DNA of 64,000 nt, taken from positions 186,001 to 250,000 of the forward strand of contig NW_021831752.1 of assembly GCF_006345805.1 (NCBI RefSeq). The letters are read 5' to 3'. The notes under the pieces are model-generated. The model saw only the letters and a program-made list of their open reading frames with translations. It had not been told where the DNA came from and did not search any database. How positions within the stretch are numbered: position 1 is the stretch's first letter; every line of letters begins with the position of its first letter. The DNA comes from Octopus sinensis (taxonomy: Eukaryota). Made by a program: the position numbers and the translations under genes. Shown here in pieces: positions 62,900-64,000 of this stretch.

Positions 62900-63350
62900 C
62901 TCTGTTGATTCAGCAATAATTTACACTCTTTTTATTTTTAGCTGGTAGTGTAACATGAACATTCTGACAGCGTATAGAGGAGCTTCGCACTCTCTCGGTA
63001 TTCCAACACCAACTCAGTATGGGCTGAATTCTTCAACGATCAAAATAGCCAACTGTAATTGGACAAATACAACCATCTTTCTTTTTCAAACAAGTAAGGT
63101 TGGCTTCCGGATAGATAATAAATTGCCGTTTAGAAATAGAGACTAATCCGTGTTAAGTTCAGTAAAACAAGAGAACAAGAAGACTGTGTAGCAGAATTTA
63201 ACTTGTTGACATGAGAAGCAATTTGGAAGCTGTTATTATGAGATTTACAAATCAGGGAAGCTAAAAAAGTGCTATCCTCAAGAGAAGTGGTTTGTTATGA
63301 CAAGTAAGTTAAGAAGTTTGAGAGTTTAAGGAGCCTTTAACATTGCGGAT
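62900..63350 (-). mobile_element. Degenerate CRE-like RT fragment
   Basis: KKKDGCICPITVG and VGVGIPRECEAPLYAVR, cf. KKRGGIRPIAVG and GVGSPGGCEAAVHAVR. Confidence 0.7.
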
Positions 63351-63385
63351 TGGGATTGTTAAAAAAGTTGGTCATGAAGACTTTA

Positions 63386-64000
63386 TTATATTAGATCCAG
63401 CTCGTCAAAATCCCAGAGTCGAATTACCCCGTCATCGGACACTGTCACCATCAACGATTCGGTAGTTAACTACAATAAAACACAATAAACACGTATATAT
63501 CCAAGACTGGTCTGCTATGTCTTAGTGTGCGCCTGGGGACTTCGTCGTTGGGATCAAAAATGCCGATACCTCCGTCCCCTCCACATGTGAGGACTGTGGT
63601 GAGGGAGGGGAAATACGGTAATTTTTGAACATTCGAATGGCCCGCACTGAGTTTGTATGTCCGCACAAAGTCCGGATTTCCTGATGATCGTCTAGCGTCC
63701 ATGTTTTGACGGTCCCCTCCATACTCCCGCTAAACAATACCATGTCCTTCATCTGCAACATCCTACCCACTTAAAACCATTAGACAAATGACGGGGGATT
63801 TGTGGCCGGTTAAGGTCATAAGATGTTCTCCACTTACAACTTCCCAACACATGACAGTCGAGTCAGTTGATCCTGTCAAAATGTGTTCACGGAACGAATC
63901 CACTGCCAGGCACGTTACCGCTCCGCAATGCTTCTCTAACGAGGAAAGACACTGTCCACTCACAATTGAGTATATTTTAGCAGTTGAGTCACAGGAGGCA
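63386..64000 (-). CDS. WDR86: WD-repeat protein 86-like, 3' part (runs off the window)
   Basis: H.GAV.CL.VD...LTGSTDST...W...SGE....GH.S.VIC, FSGS..TVK.W, S.DG.IRLWD. Confidence 0.75.

Noticed and set aside
2713-64000. Non-standard genetic code (fragmented ORFs)
   Set aside because: Micro-introns explain the fragmentation; TAA, TAG and TGA all terminate genes and no in-frame stops remain in well-resolved exons.

Overview
AT-rich, compact animal-type nuclear DNA. About 19 protein-coding genes are broken by extremely short spliceosomal introns (mostly 22-34 nt, traced by hand): ACSL, HOP2, a RhoGAP, tafazzin, ODF2-like, XRCC2, FBXL5, TIM17, PP2A-B55, DDX23, AHA1, MEK1/2, two spinster paralogues, mitoferrin, MED8, an orphan membrane protein, an annexin and WDR86. 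They are interspersed with many transposon remnants (CRE-, RTE-, R4-like and I/Jockey-like non-LTR elements; hAT/Buster, MULE, Tc1, IS630-like, pogo, Helitron). Tiny introns plus metazoan-type FBXL5 and the centriolar ODF2-like gene suggest a dicyemid-like ciliated parasite; this is inference, not a database result. Most notable: (1) a micro-intron regime with very degenerate 5' splice sites, including GC-AG introns, one apparent GA-AG intron and many stop-free 3n introns; (2) a 7.4-kb nested transposon stack at 30012-37435 (IS630-like > MULE > Helitron and Tc1), with every junction resolvable to the base; (3) a Helitron carrying a ~95-bp x ~13.5 satellite; (4) a rearranged spinster/WDR86 segmental duplication. 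No CRISPR array, rRNA or tRNA was seen.
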